Source: Octopus sinensis
Taxonomy: Eukaryota
DNA: 58,752 nt
Assembly: GCF_006345805.1 (NCBI RefSeq)
Contig: NW_021833861.1
Span: 1 to 58,752, forward strand
Direction of reading: 5' to 3'
Shown: piece after piece, positions 1 through 11,244 of the stretch
Layout: every line of letters begins with the position of its first letter
Position numbering within the stretch: position 1 is the stretch's first letter
Translations under genes and position numbers: made by a program
Notes under the pieces: generated by a model
Seen by the model: the letters and a program-made list of their open reading frames with translations, nothing else
Database searches by the model: none
What the model was told of the DNA's origin: nothing

Positions 1-25
1 TATATATAATATAATATAATATATA

Positions 26-228
26 TTGATAAAATGGTAAGACAACAAAAGAATGAAAGACCTCGATATTATGTTGAGGAATTTATCTGAAAATGTAATA
101 TGTGACAATTTTTCCGATGGCCTGATAACTGAAAAGATGGCGGCGTGGATTTCGACCTCGGCATCCGAAACTCGGAATTTAGTCATGGCTACCGAATAAT
201 TGTCACAAATATTACGTTTACAGATAAA
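26..228. mobile_element. Short interspersed element between (TA)n tracts, probably a PLE terminus, with a hammerhead-like relic at 129-171
   Basis: CTGAAAA-GATG...CATC-CGAAAC, flanked by TA repeats on both sides. Confidence 0.4.
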
Positions 229-563
229 TATATATATATATATATACATACATACACACACACAAAACTGTAATAGAAATATCCTATTGTAAGGAAATTG
301 ATTGTATGCATGAAAAATTAAAAAAGGAAGCAACCCAGATTAGTGAACAGAAATGGCCCAAATTTAATTCGTGATAATGCAGGGCCGAACACTTGGAAAA
401 TGGAAAGAGATATGGCGAGATATACATATATAGAGAGAGATAGTCAGATAGAGAGAGAGAGAGAGAAGGAGAGAGAGAGATATTGCACAATCTGCAACAT
501 GTATACTAGGAGACACGTCACAGAAAAGCTGTTATGGCTATAATTTCTATGCAATGTCTTTGT

Positions 564-855
564 TTCTTTTACTTTCTTTTATTTGTTTCAGTCATTTGAC
601 TGCGGCCATGCTGGAGCACCGCCTTTAATCGAGAAAATCGACCCCAGGATTTATTCTTTGTAATCCTTGTAATTATTCTATCGGTCTCTTTTGCCGAGCT
701 GCTAAGTGACGGGGACGTAAACACACAACCATCGGTTGTTAAGTGGTGTAGGGGGGGGGGCACAGACACACAAGCATATACATACACACACACGCACACA
801 CACACGCATGTATATATATATACACGCACACATATATATATATATACACACATAC

Positions 856-888
<33 letters not shown>

Positions 889-1091
889 GTATATATATAT
901 ATATATGTATATATATACACATATATACGACGGGCTTCTTTCAGATTTTGTATACCAAATCTACTCACAAGTCTTTGGTCATACCGGGGCTACAGTAGAA
1001 GACACTTGTCCAAGTTGCCACGCAGTAGGACTGAAACCCAGAACCATGTGGTTGGTAAGCAAGCTATTTACCTCACGGCCACTCCTGCGCC
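564..1091 (-). mobile_element. tRNA-derived SINE family 1 (Octopus-type, internal CA/TA microsatellite)
   Basis: tRNA-like head with A/B-box-like motifs, a CTTGGGCAAG-like core and an (AGTAAAAG)n-type tail. Homologous copies occur at 34856, 41550, 51236 and 55808. Confidence 0.9.
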
Positions 1092-2714
1092 TATAGAGAT
1101 AAACTTAACGAAATTAATTTTAATCACCACGCGTGCCAACATGTGCCATTATCTTTGTAGTCAACCTGCATGAAGTAACTACCGTACCTGTTGGAGTTCC
1201 TGCATACACTTTTGAATGAAGGGCTTATTCGTAAATCTCCTCACTGTCCTCTCCGTTTCCAGAAGTTCAACAAAATTGCTCATGTTCACCGACCTTCAAC
1301 AGACGTTCACCAAAATTACTCATGTTCACATACATTCGAAATACTCCCACACGTACAAACCTACACCAATTTGTATGTAGATATACATGCAACTTAACAT
1401 GTAATCATTTAAGTGTTATTGCTGTCTCTCTTCGTTATTAACTAGTTAATTTGTTGAAGACTTCGTATCTGGATAAGACTTCTGTTTTCCATAATTGCTG
1501 AATAAGCACAGAAAGATATATAAGTAATTCGAATTCCTAAACCTGAATACATAAATAATTATTTTTCACGGAGTGGTAGTGAGGGGAAAGTTAGAGTGAT
1601 ATAGAAATAGCATAAGGGAAATGAAAAGAGGAAAGAGAGGGTGAAAGAAATAGGGAGAAAAAAGGGAGAGAAAGGAAGAGAGAGAGAGAGAGAGAGCGAG
1701 AGCTGCAGAATGAGATTCTTGCTCACAATTTAACCAATAATTTCATTGGTTGTTGTGTATCATATATATTCGTTATTATAAAGTCAAATCAGCAAGAGAA
1801 TAAGCAGTTTGAACATAGAATGCTAACAAAGAATGAATACATAAACAACAACAACAACAACAAAAAAAGGACAGAAAATATAAAACAATTATAATAAATA
1901 ATGACACGAAGACAAATAAGAAAAATAAATCAATAACTACAACGAAATAGAAGTGAATATGAAAACAAATACAAATACACGGAAGGAATTTTTGATGAAA
2001 ACTTCAAAAAGAACTAAAACAAAAGAACAGCGCATATATTATGGCGAAGCTTGGAGAATAGGTGCATTGTAGATTCTTCAATAGGATTTCAAAAGGTTCC
2101 TTATATTGGAGAAGGTAATCTTATATATTGTAAAACGTACTTTCACGTTGCTGTAAAATACATCCCCACTGAGAAAAGATAATCGGAATTTAAACGCGTC
2201 TTGATTAAATAAAAACACAATGCTTGCTAAAACGAGAAAAAATGAGAAGAAATAAAAAAAAATAAAAAAAAAAATTACATGAAATGCAAAACGAAAAAGT
2301 CACTTCAGATTTAATGCAATATCAGCGCGTTATGGTTTCTAAGATCGTTGTAGCGAACAATTTAATGCGTTTGACAATAAATGCTGAAGCGAATGGCAAA
2401 CTCCAATAACTGGTCTAATGGCTTTCTGGTTAAACGTTAAGAATATACAGATATATTGTTGCATAGATTGAAATATAATCGCCTCTCTCCCTCTCCTCTC
2501 TCCCTCTCTCTCAATATATGTATGTATATATATGTATATATATGTATATATATGCGTGTTTGCGCATGGATGTATGTATATATATATATATATATATATA
2601 AATATATATGTATGCATATATATAATTATATATAAGAACATATATACATATGAATATGGATACATACACATATATGCATACACATATTTACGTAAGTGCA
2701 CATATGCATACGTA

Positions 2715-2755
<41 letters not shown>

Positions 2756-3062
2756 GTGTGTGTGAGTATTTGTGCAAGTGCCTAGGTGTTTGTGTGTATG
2801 CGAATGTGCAGGAGAAAGAGTAGGGTACTGGATAGAAGAGGGTAGACACGTAGATATGGATAATGGAAGATATATTAATATATAAAGTAATGCCAACGAT
2901 AAGACGCATAGAAATAAATCAAAGGATATACTCGAAAACAAATACATGCATAGATACATACATACACATACTACATACATACATACATACGTACATATAT
3001 ACATACATATATACATACACACCAACACACCACACACACCACATATATATATAATATATATA

Positions 3063-3099
<37 letters not shown>

Positions 3100-3240
3100 T
3101 ATCATATGGAGACTGAAAGATAGCTAGCTACCGCGATAGAGAAACAGATAAATGTAGATATTCATAGATGATTGGTGAGGGTTCTCTTACGTGCACAGAA
3201 TACACAGATGCACATACACACATACACACACATATGGGGA

Positions 3241-3277
<37 letters not shown>

Positions 3278-3278
3278 T

Positions 3279-3311
<33 letters not shown>

Positions 3312-3727
3312 AAGAGAGAAAGATAGAGAAAGACATGTAGATATAGAGTGAGAAACATAGTTGCATGGAAATATATATTAAGGTGTGCACAGCGAATCCA
3401 AACATTAAATCTGTTATATATATATATATATATAATATATATATATATACATCGAACGTTAAGGCACATGGAAATAAAACAATATTCATTAAAATATATA
3501 CATGTATATGACAAAGGGAGTTGAAGATAAATGGAAAACTGTCGATATTATTAAATTTTTGAAGGGCGCCTTTGATACAGAGATAATTACATGGTGTCTA
3601 ACATAGGAAGAAAGGCATAAACTATGTATGTACACATATATATATACATACATATGTATATGTGTGTGTATATATATATATATTATATATATATATATGT
3701 ATATATAATTTAAATATGTATTATAAA

Positions 3728-3762
<35 letters not shown>

Positions 3763-5149
3763 ATATAGATATATAAAAACATGCATATATATATTTTGTA
3801 TATGCACACCTAGTGAAAGATACACTAAAAAGCGTAGTTGGGCAGGTGTATGCAGGCTCACGTATGTGTATACATATAGGCGCACAAACGAATATTTGAA
3901 AGTACATTCTTTGAACACCAATTTATATATGTTCACCTGGTCAAACAGCAGTATCATATCTGCGGCCAAAGACTTCGAGACCAATATTTCTTTGTGAAGT
4001 CAATGATACCTCATTTTATAAATGCATTGTTGTGAATGCATATTATTGTATTCCAGAATATACTTTTTGAAGTAACCTTCATTATTACAATTGCCTAGTA
4101 AATATTAGATTTAATGTTAATAATAATGTTAATAAAACATACCTATCAACACATCATATGCAAGTACATATATATACATCTATACATGAGCACACAAATA
4201 CACATACATACATGTAGAATGCAGTCAGTTCAGTTACAAATAATTTCAAAACTCACTCCAGGCATTTGATATTCATTGCACTTCTAATTGAGCTAAGTTG
4301 CGTAGTAGCATCATCAAACGGATGAGCTGCGTTTAGACGTTTGACACAAGTGAAAAATTCCAAACCCCACCTATAAATAACATTCTTGGTATATATATAT
4401 AAAAGTGTTTTCAGAATGTGATAAAAAACCAAGGCTGTGAAGATTTTAGAACATTTATAAATAGGTCTTACAGATGTTTCCAGAATATTTATTATGTCCC
4501 TTCATCAGAGACGGTGTGAGAAAATTGGTTAAGCAATAGTTAATTTAGATAAGCTACGAAATAGAGAGTGAAGTGGAGGAATTAAAAGTGAGATATGCAG
4601 GGATATTGCATTTGTAGATCCATTATGTAGGCCGAATGGTATACATATAATATTGCAATACCTTGTGAGTAAAATCTAATAGTATCTAAATTAGTCATTC
4701 CAAGTATAAAGTTTGTACACAGTGCTATTGAATCAAAGGTTTTATTTAAAGTGACCTACAAGTAGGGAATGTATTTGTAAGGTCAAATCGAAAACAGGAA
4801 GGGAGGAATAAAGAAAAGAGAACGAAAAAAGAAAAGAGAAGAAAATAGAAAAAAAACAGGAAGAGATGAATAAAGAAAAGAAAGAAAAAAGAAAAAACAA
4901 GGAGAGAGATTATAAGGGAAAGCGTACCAGTTAGTGGTCAGTCAAGTTAATTTGAAAGTAGGAATGTGGAGATGAGGGTGATAGACATAGAAAGGTATTA
5001 GAGTGTAAAAAGATAGAAGGAACGTGGGTGATAGAGATAGATGTATAAAAGTAAAGGAGTGTCAGTTATGAAGTAATGGGGCGGGATGAAGAATTTAGGA
5101 ATATTGATTAGGTGGTTGGACAGATCGGTGCTTACTAGTAGAATATATA

Positions 5150-5204
<55 letters not shown>

Positions 5205-5238
5205 GATATATAATATATATATATATTATATAAATAAC

Positions 5239-5276
<38 letters not shown>

Positions 5277-5373
5277 TATATTATAATTTTAATCCCAAAG
5301 GGAAACAAAAAACAACAACAACAGGAACAATTACAGTATTATTATTAATAGGCGCTCAGGAGATGGAAGCAGG

Positions 5374-5413
5374 GAGGTATGACGTTTCGAGCGGAGCTCT
5401 CGTCGGAAACATA
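5374..5413 (-). ncRNA. Minimal type I hammerhead-ribozyme-like motif at the PLE 3' end
   Basis: Sense strand reads CCGACGA-GAGC-TCC-GCTC-GAAACGTC: core CUGANGA with a U4C change, a 4-bp stem II, GAAA, and a palindromic ACGU minimal stem III with a GUC triplet. Stem I pairing is poor. Confidence 0.55.
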
Positions 5414-5584
5414 AAGAAGGAAGAGAGAGGAAAGAAAGATCCCAGAGCGGGCAACAGGGAAAGAGAAAAAAGACGACGACTGGTGTTTACGAGTTGCACA
5501 TGGTGAAAGGCGCGGATGTTGACGATAACAAAGCCAAAGTGGGTTTTTAAGGCAAAAGAGTGGAGACAAGGTTGGTAACCAACA

Positions 5585-8380
5585 GAGGTGTGTGTATGTG
5601 TGAGTGTGTGCATGTGCGTGTGTGTATGTGTGTGTGTGAGGCGAGATGAAAAAACAAAAAATATGTGTGTGTTAGTGTGTGCGTCTGTGTGTAGGCGTGT
5701 GAGGTAGGGCGAGACTAGTGGTCAGCTAGCAGACAGTAGTAAGAAAAAGAAGGAAGGAGGAAGGAGGTCAGTAGTAAGAAAAAGAAGGAAGAGGAAGGGA
5801 GGGAGGGGAAGGGGTGGGGGCGTATGTAGCGTGCCAGCGTGTGTTGAGTAGTAGTGTGTGTGTGTGTCCAGTGTCGTGGTGGTGTATTAATGAGTAGATT
5901 GAATGTGTGTAAGAGTGATGTATATATATAGGCAAGGTGTGTATATGTGTGCGCGTGTGTGTAACGAAAAAGGGGGGGGGGTTAGGAAAAAGGACTCCAG
6001 CTGAGGGGAAGATGGAAGAGTGGTACCGCGGAGACAGGCGTGGGAAAACCCAACGACACGCGACGGTCCCAGGAACGGGCGGGAGGTCTCGTCAGGTCCA
6101 AGGGCGAGGTGTATGCGACGCGTATGCAACGCGAGCCGGCGTAAGTGCGTATGTGCGCGTGCCTGCGAGTATGCGCGTACGTATGTATGTGTGTGGATGT
6201 GTGAGTGTGTCTGTGTGTATGTCTGGGTGGCAGTGTGTGCGATGAATGTATGTGAGTATGTGTGTATGTATGTGTGTGCATAGATGTATGTCCGTGTGTG
6301 TGTGTTATGTGTGTGAGTGTGTATGTATGTACGTGTGGTGTGGGGAAGTGTGTGTATGTGCATGTGTGTGCGCGTACATACAGGTGTGTGAGTGAGTGTG
6401 TGTGTGTGTATGTATGTGTGAGTGTGTATGTATGTGTGTGTCGGATGCATGTATGTGTATGGGTGTATGTATGCGTGTGTGTATGTATGTATGTGTACGT
6501 GCGTGTGTGTGTGTGTATGCGTGTAGGTGTGCGCGTGTGCATGCATGCATGCATGTGCGTATGTGTGTGTGTGTGTGCATGTGTGTGGGTATATATGTAT
6601 GTGCGTATATGTGTGTGTATGTGCGTACATGTGTGTGTGTGTGTATGCATGTGTGTGTGTATGTAGGTGTGTAGGCGTGTGTGTATAGGTGTATGTATGT
6701 AAGTATGTATGGGTGTGTCCGTGTATGTGTGTGTATGTATGTGTGTGTATGTAGGTGTGTGGGCGTGTGTATATGTGTGTGTATGTAGGTGTGTGGGCGT
6801 GTGTATATAGGTGTATGTGTGTATGTCTGGGTGTGTCCGTGCATGTTTGTGTGTGTGGTGTATGCATGTGTATGTGGGTTGTGTGTACGTGTGTAATGTA
6901 TGTGTGTGCGTGTGTATGCGTGCGTGTGTGTATGTAGGTGCGTGTGTATGTGTGTGGGAGTGTAGGTGTGTGTGTGCGTGTGCGTGTTTATGTTGGTGTG
7001 TGTCGTATGTGAGTGTGAGTGTATGGGTGTTTGTCATGCATGTGTGTGCGCGTGCAGGTGAGTGTGTGTGTAAGTATGTGTGTGTGTATGTTTGTGTGAG
7101 TGTGTAAGTGTGTATGTCTTTGTGTATGTATGTGCGTATAGGAGTATGTGGGTTATGTGTGTATGTATGTATATGGGTGTATGTATGTATGTGTGTGTGT
7201 GTGCATGTGTATAAGTATATGTGTGTGTGCGTATGTGTGTATATGTATATGTGGTGTGTTTATGTATGTGTGTATGTATGTGTGTAGGCGTGTGTGTGTG
7301 TATGATGTATGTGTGTTTTGTGTGTGTGTGTAGGTGATGTGTGTGTCTGAGTGAGGGTATGGCTGTGTAGGTGTGTGTGTGTATGAATGTAAGTGTGTGT
7401 GTATACAAGTGTAATGTATGTATGTAGGTGTGTGTGTGTGTGTATGTGTACGTGTGCGTGTGTATGTGTGTGTGTGTATGCGTGTGAGTGTGAGTGTATG
7501 GGTGTATGTCTGTGTGTGTGTATGTCTGAAGTAGGTATGTATGTGTATGTATGTATGTGTGTGTGGTGCAGGTATGTGTGTGTATGTGTGTGTGTGAGTA
7601 GGTGTGCGTGTATGTATGTGGGTAGGGATGCATGCGAGTGTGTGGGTATGTATGCATACATACGTACGCGCACATCCGAAGCAAGCCCACACGCACAAAG
7701 CGCGCGCGCGCACGCACACACGCACAAGCAGTACAACGCAAGCCCAAGGGGCCGACCAAGCCCCCAGCGCGCGCCAAGGCGCGCGAGCGCAAAGGCCCTC
7801 GAACGCCCCGCTACGCGGGAACCGAGGATCCATCAGCCAAAACCGGAAAGCAGAAAAGAGGGGGGGCTGCCTGGATGCAAAAAGGTGTATGTGTGTGTGC
7901 ATTCAGTGTAAGGGTGTGCATGTGTGGGCATGTATGTATGTATGTGCCTACAGTGTAAGGGTGTGCATGTGTGGGCATGTATGTATGTATGTGCCTACAT
8001 GTATGTTTGCATGTGTGTGTGTGAAGTATGTACGTGTGGTGTGTGTGTGTGTGAGTGTGTGTGTATGTATGTGCGTATGTATGTGTGTGTGTATGTGTGT
8101 ATGTATGTCTGTGTGTGTGTGTGTGTGTGTGTAAGTATGTATGTGTGTGCGTATGTATGTATGTGTGTGTGTGTATGTGCATGTTGGTTTGTATGTTAGT
8201 GTGTGCTAGTATGTCTGTAAGTGTGTGTGATTAAATGTGTGAATGTATGTACGTAAATGGGTCTGCGTATGTGTGTGTGTGAACAGGCGTGTGGGAGGTA
8301 GGTGGTTGGTGTGTGTGGGAGGTAGGTGGGTGGGTGTGTGCGTGTGGGAGGCAGGTGGTGTGTGTGTGTGGGTGGTGTGC
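5585..8380. repeat. Degenerate (TG)/(TATG) microsatellite-like tract of uniform polarity, with two GC-rich islands (5962-6182, 7655-7885)
   Basis: Directly visible. Includes a 47-bp tandem duplication starting at 7904 and 7951. Confidence 0.9.
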
Positions 8381-8411
8381 CAAAAAAAAAAAAAAAAAAA
8401 AAAACAGATCT

Positions 8412-11040
8412 CAAGAGGAGGGGGCTGTGTTAAGTCCGTGTGGGGTGGTTTTGTAGGGTGAAGATGTAGCGTTGCTCCAAGTGGAGCCTGGAAAGTGGGC
8501 GACCTTGGTGGGGGGCGAGACCAAACACTGAGATGTCATCTAGGGAATGGCCGGCCGAACGGAAGTGGCGTGCGACGGGAGAAAGAGAGTGTAGGCGAAC
8601 GTCCCTTAAGTGCTCAGTGAAACGGTCGGACAACCGGCGTCCCGTCTGTCCTACATACAGCATCCCGCATAGGTTGCATTTAATGCAGTAAATAAGGCCA
8701 GACGAGGTGCACGTAAAAGAGTGCCTAATGCGTACAGTGTGCAGGTTGGAGCCGGTGACAGCGGTGGTGTTGGTGATGAAGGGGCAAGTGTTGCAGCGGG
8801 ATCTAGAGCAAGGGAATGATCCGTGTGGGGCTGAGGGGGAAGGAGAGAGGGTGCTGTGGACCAGGAGGTCACGCAGATTGCGGGCTCGTTTGAAAGAGGA
8901 CAGGGGTAGGTTAGGGAAAATGGGGCGGGTGGTGGGATCAAGCTGGAGGCGACGGAAGGCACGTAGTATCTTGCGACGAAGGGGTAGGGTAGAGGGGTGG
9001 AAAAGGAGGGGGAAGGGGGTGCGGTTGGGGGGTGGGCGGGGGGAAGGAGACAGGGCGGTAGTGCGGTCGATGCGACGGGCGCGGGTGAGGGCATCAGAGA
9101 GGAGTATGGGTGGGTAACCTCGGAGTCTGAACATGCGGGCCAGGTATTGAGATTGGGTCTCGAAATCCTGGTCGCGGCTGCACAAACGTCGGAGGCGGAG
9201 GAACTGGGAGTAGGGGATGGCTCGTTTTGTGTGGAAGGGGTGGGAGGAAGAGAAGTTGAGATAGAGGTGGGAATCCGTAGGTTTAAAAAAGGCGGTGGTG
9301 GTGAGAGATCTGGAGGGGTGATCGATGCGGAGAGAGATGTCAAGGAAGTTGACAGAGGTGTTGGAGATGGTGGAGGTGAATTGAAGGGAGGGGTGAAAGT
9401 TGGAAAGGAAAGAGATGAATTGGCAGAGAAGTTCACGGGAAAGGGAGGTGGCACCTACGCAGTCGTCGATATAGCGACCGTATAGTTCGGGGGTCGGCCC
9501 AGAGAACTGGGAGAACACTTGGGCCTCAATGTAGCCAAGAAAGAGACTGGCGAAATTGGGGCCCATCCTAGTTCCCATCGCGACCCCGGACACCTGTTGG
9601 TACGTTTCCCCGGCGAACGTGAAGCAATTGAGGGTGAGGACGAGCTCGGCCAAACGGAGAAGGGTGGGGGTCGGGACGACGGTCGAGGAAGTGTTGGAGG
9701 GCTAGGAGACCGTCATTGTGGGGAATCACTGTGTACAGGGATTTTACATCTAAAGTGAAGAGGAGGTGTGAGGGGCTGGAAGGGAAGGAAAAGGAATTGA
9801 AGAGACGGAGGGCGTGGTTGGTGTCGTGTATGTGGGATGGGAGGGCTGCGACTAAGGGGGACAGGATGCGGTCGAGGTATAGGGAGATGAGTTCAGTGGG
9901 GCAATTACAGGCAGACTATGGGACGGCCAGGATTAGAGGTTTATGGATCTTGGGAAGGAAGTAGATGGTGGAGGTGCGGGGTGTGCGGACGATGAGGTTG
10001 GTGGCGGTGAGGGGGAGAGCGGAGGAGGAGATGAGGTCGTGGATGGTGGAGGACACTCGTTGTTGGTAGGAGGAGGTGGGATCGGAGGGGAGGAGGCGAT
10101 AGAAGAGTGGATTTTGAAGCTGGTTGAGCGCTTCCTCCCTGTATAGGTCCGCGCGCCACACTACCACTGCCCCGCCTTTGTCCGCCGGTTTGATGACAAT
10201 GTCATCACGACGGCGGAGGTGGCGAAGGGCAATGGATTCGGCCCGAGTGAGGTTGGCTCGGCGGGGTCTTGGTTCAAAGTTGAAACGGTGGACCAAAGCG
10301 TTGCAGTCATGTACAAACGAATCTAGGCTACTGAAAAGGCCTGGGGGCGGCGTCCAGATGGATGGACGACGCCCCAGCTCCAAAAAGCAATCCTGATTGT
10401 TTTGACGCTGCGGGGACGCGTGGTAGTATGCGCGAAGTTTGAGGCGGCGCAGGAACAGGTTGACGTCCGCCCGAGTCTCGAACTCATCACAGTGGCGCGT
10501 GAGTGGCGTGAAGCGGAGACCTTTACTGAGGAGGGAGCGCTCAGCGGCGGAGAGGGGGAGGTGGGGGGTATAGTGACAACAGCGCGAGGAAGCGGGGTGG
10601 TGGGAGGACTAGGGCAGGCGGAGGGGGTGCAGGGGTGTGAAGGGGAGGGTAGGGGTGGTTAGGTGAAGATGGTTAGGCGTAGGGAGGTCACGGTGGGGGG
10701 GGGTCCGTGGAAGGTGGGGTAGGTGCGAAGGAGGGGGGGGGAACAGGGGGAGGATGGGGAAGGGGGTGAGGGGTTGAGGAGGAGGTGGAGTTTTTTGTTT
10801 TTTGTGTGTGTGAGGTGGTTGTAGAGTTGGTGGTTGAGATTAAGAATGAAGCGGAGGATAGGTTGGGTGAAGAGTGGAGGGCAGAGGGCGGAGAGAAGGA
10901 GGTAGGCCTGGGGAAGTTGATGGTCGAGGGAGTCAAGGAGGGGGCGGGTGGAGCGGATGGTGGCGCGGAGGAGGGAGCGGGAGGTCCGAGCGAGGGTGGG
11001 TTCGATGAAGGGGGAGGAATAGGGGGTAGCGTGGAAGGAA
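8412..11040 (-). pseudogene. PLE polyprotein (N-terminal domain, reverse transcriptase, Cys linker, GIY-YIG endonuclease), broken by several small indels
   Basis: Motifs in order: VVTIPP-LPLSAAERSLLSKGLRF; DDIVIKPADKGGAVVVW; YFLPKIHK-NPGRPIV; LFTLDVKSLYTVIPH; GVAMGTRMGPNFASLF; RYIDD; FFKPTDSHLYLNFSSSHP; CSRSRCNTC linker; LIYCIKCNLCGMLYVGQTGRRLSDRFTEH; terminal PHGLN then TGA at 8412-8414 after a frameshift. Track ORFs 10659-11090, 9916-10383 and 8430-9653 are pieces of this protein. Confidence 0.95.
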
Positions 11041-11095
11041 TAGGGGGTATATATATGTGTGTGTGTGAAGATGTATACAAATGTATGCATTAGAC

Positions 11096-11132
<37 letters not shown>

Positions 11133-11244
11133 CACATCAATATCTACATATACTCGTACTCATGTGTATATATACACATGCACACCCATATATACGTGTA
11201 TCTGTATGCATTATCGCCCCTGTATACGTAGGTATACCTACCTT

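Larger units (their letters stand above)
5283..11047 (-). mobile_element. Neptune-type Penelope-like retroelement, 5'-truncated, with a long 3' extension, inserted between (TA)n tracts
   Basis: RT + GIY-YIG coding region at 8412-11040. It is followed on the sense strand by a T-run, ~2.8 kb of CA/TA-rich sequence and a terminal segment with a hammerhead-like motif. (TA)n lies on both flanks (5160-5283; 11047-11130). Including 5283-8380 in the element is inference. Confidence 0.75.

Noticed and set aside
7795-7845. A-box/B-box-like words in island A (TGGCTGATGG, GTTCGAG)
   Set aside because: Spacing is ~35 nt, the B-box is imperfect and no cloverleaf forms.
10690-10800. G-quadruplex-like G-runs
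   Set aside because: A by-product of the Pro-rich linker encoded on the opposite strand.
8412-11040. Selenoprotein-type PLE (Naiad-like recoding)
   Set aside because: The domain order is RT then endonuclease, and I saw no in-frame TGA in the conserved segments.
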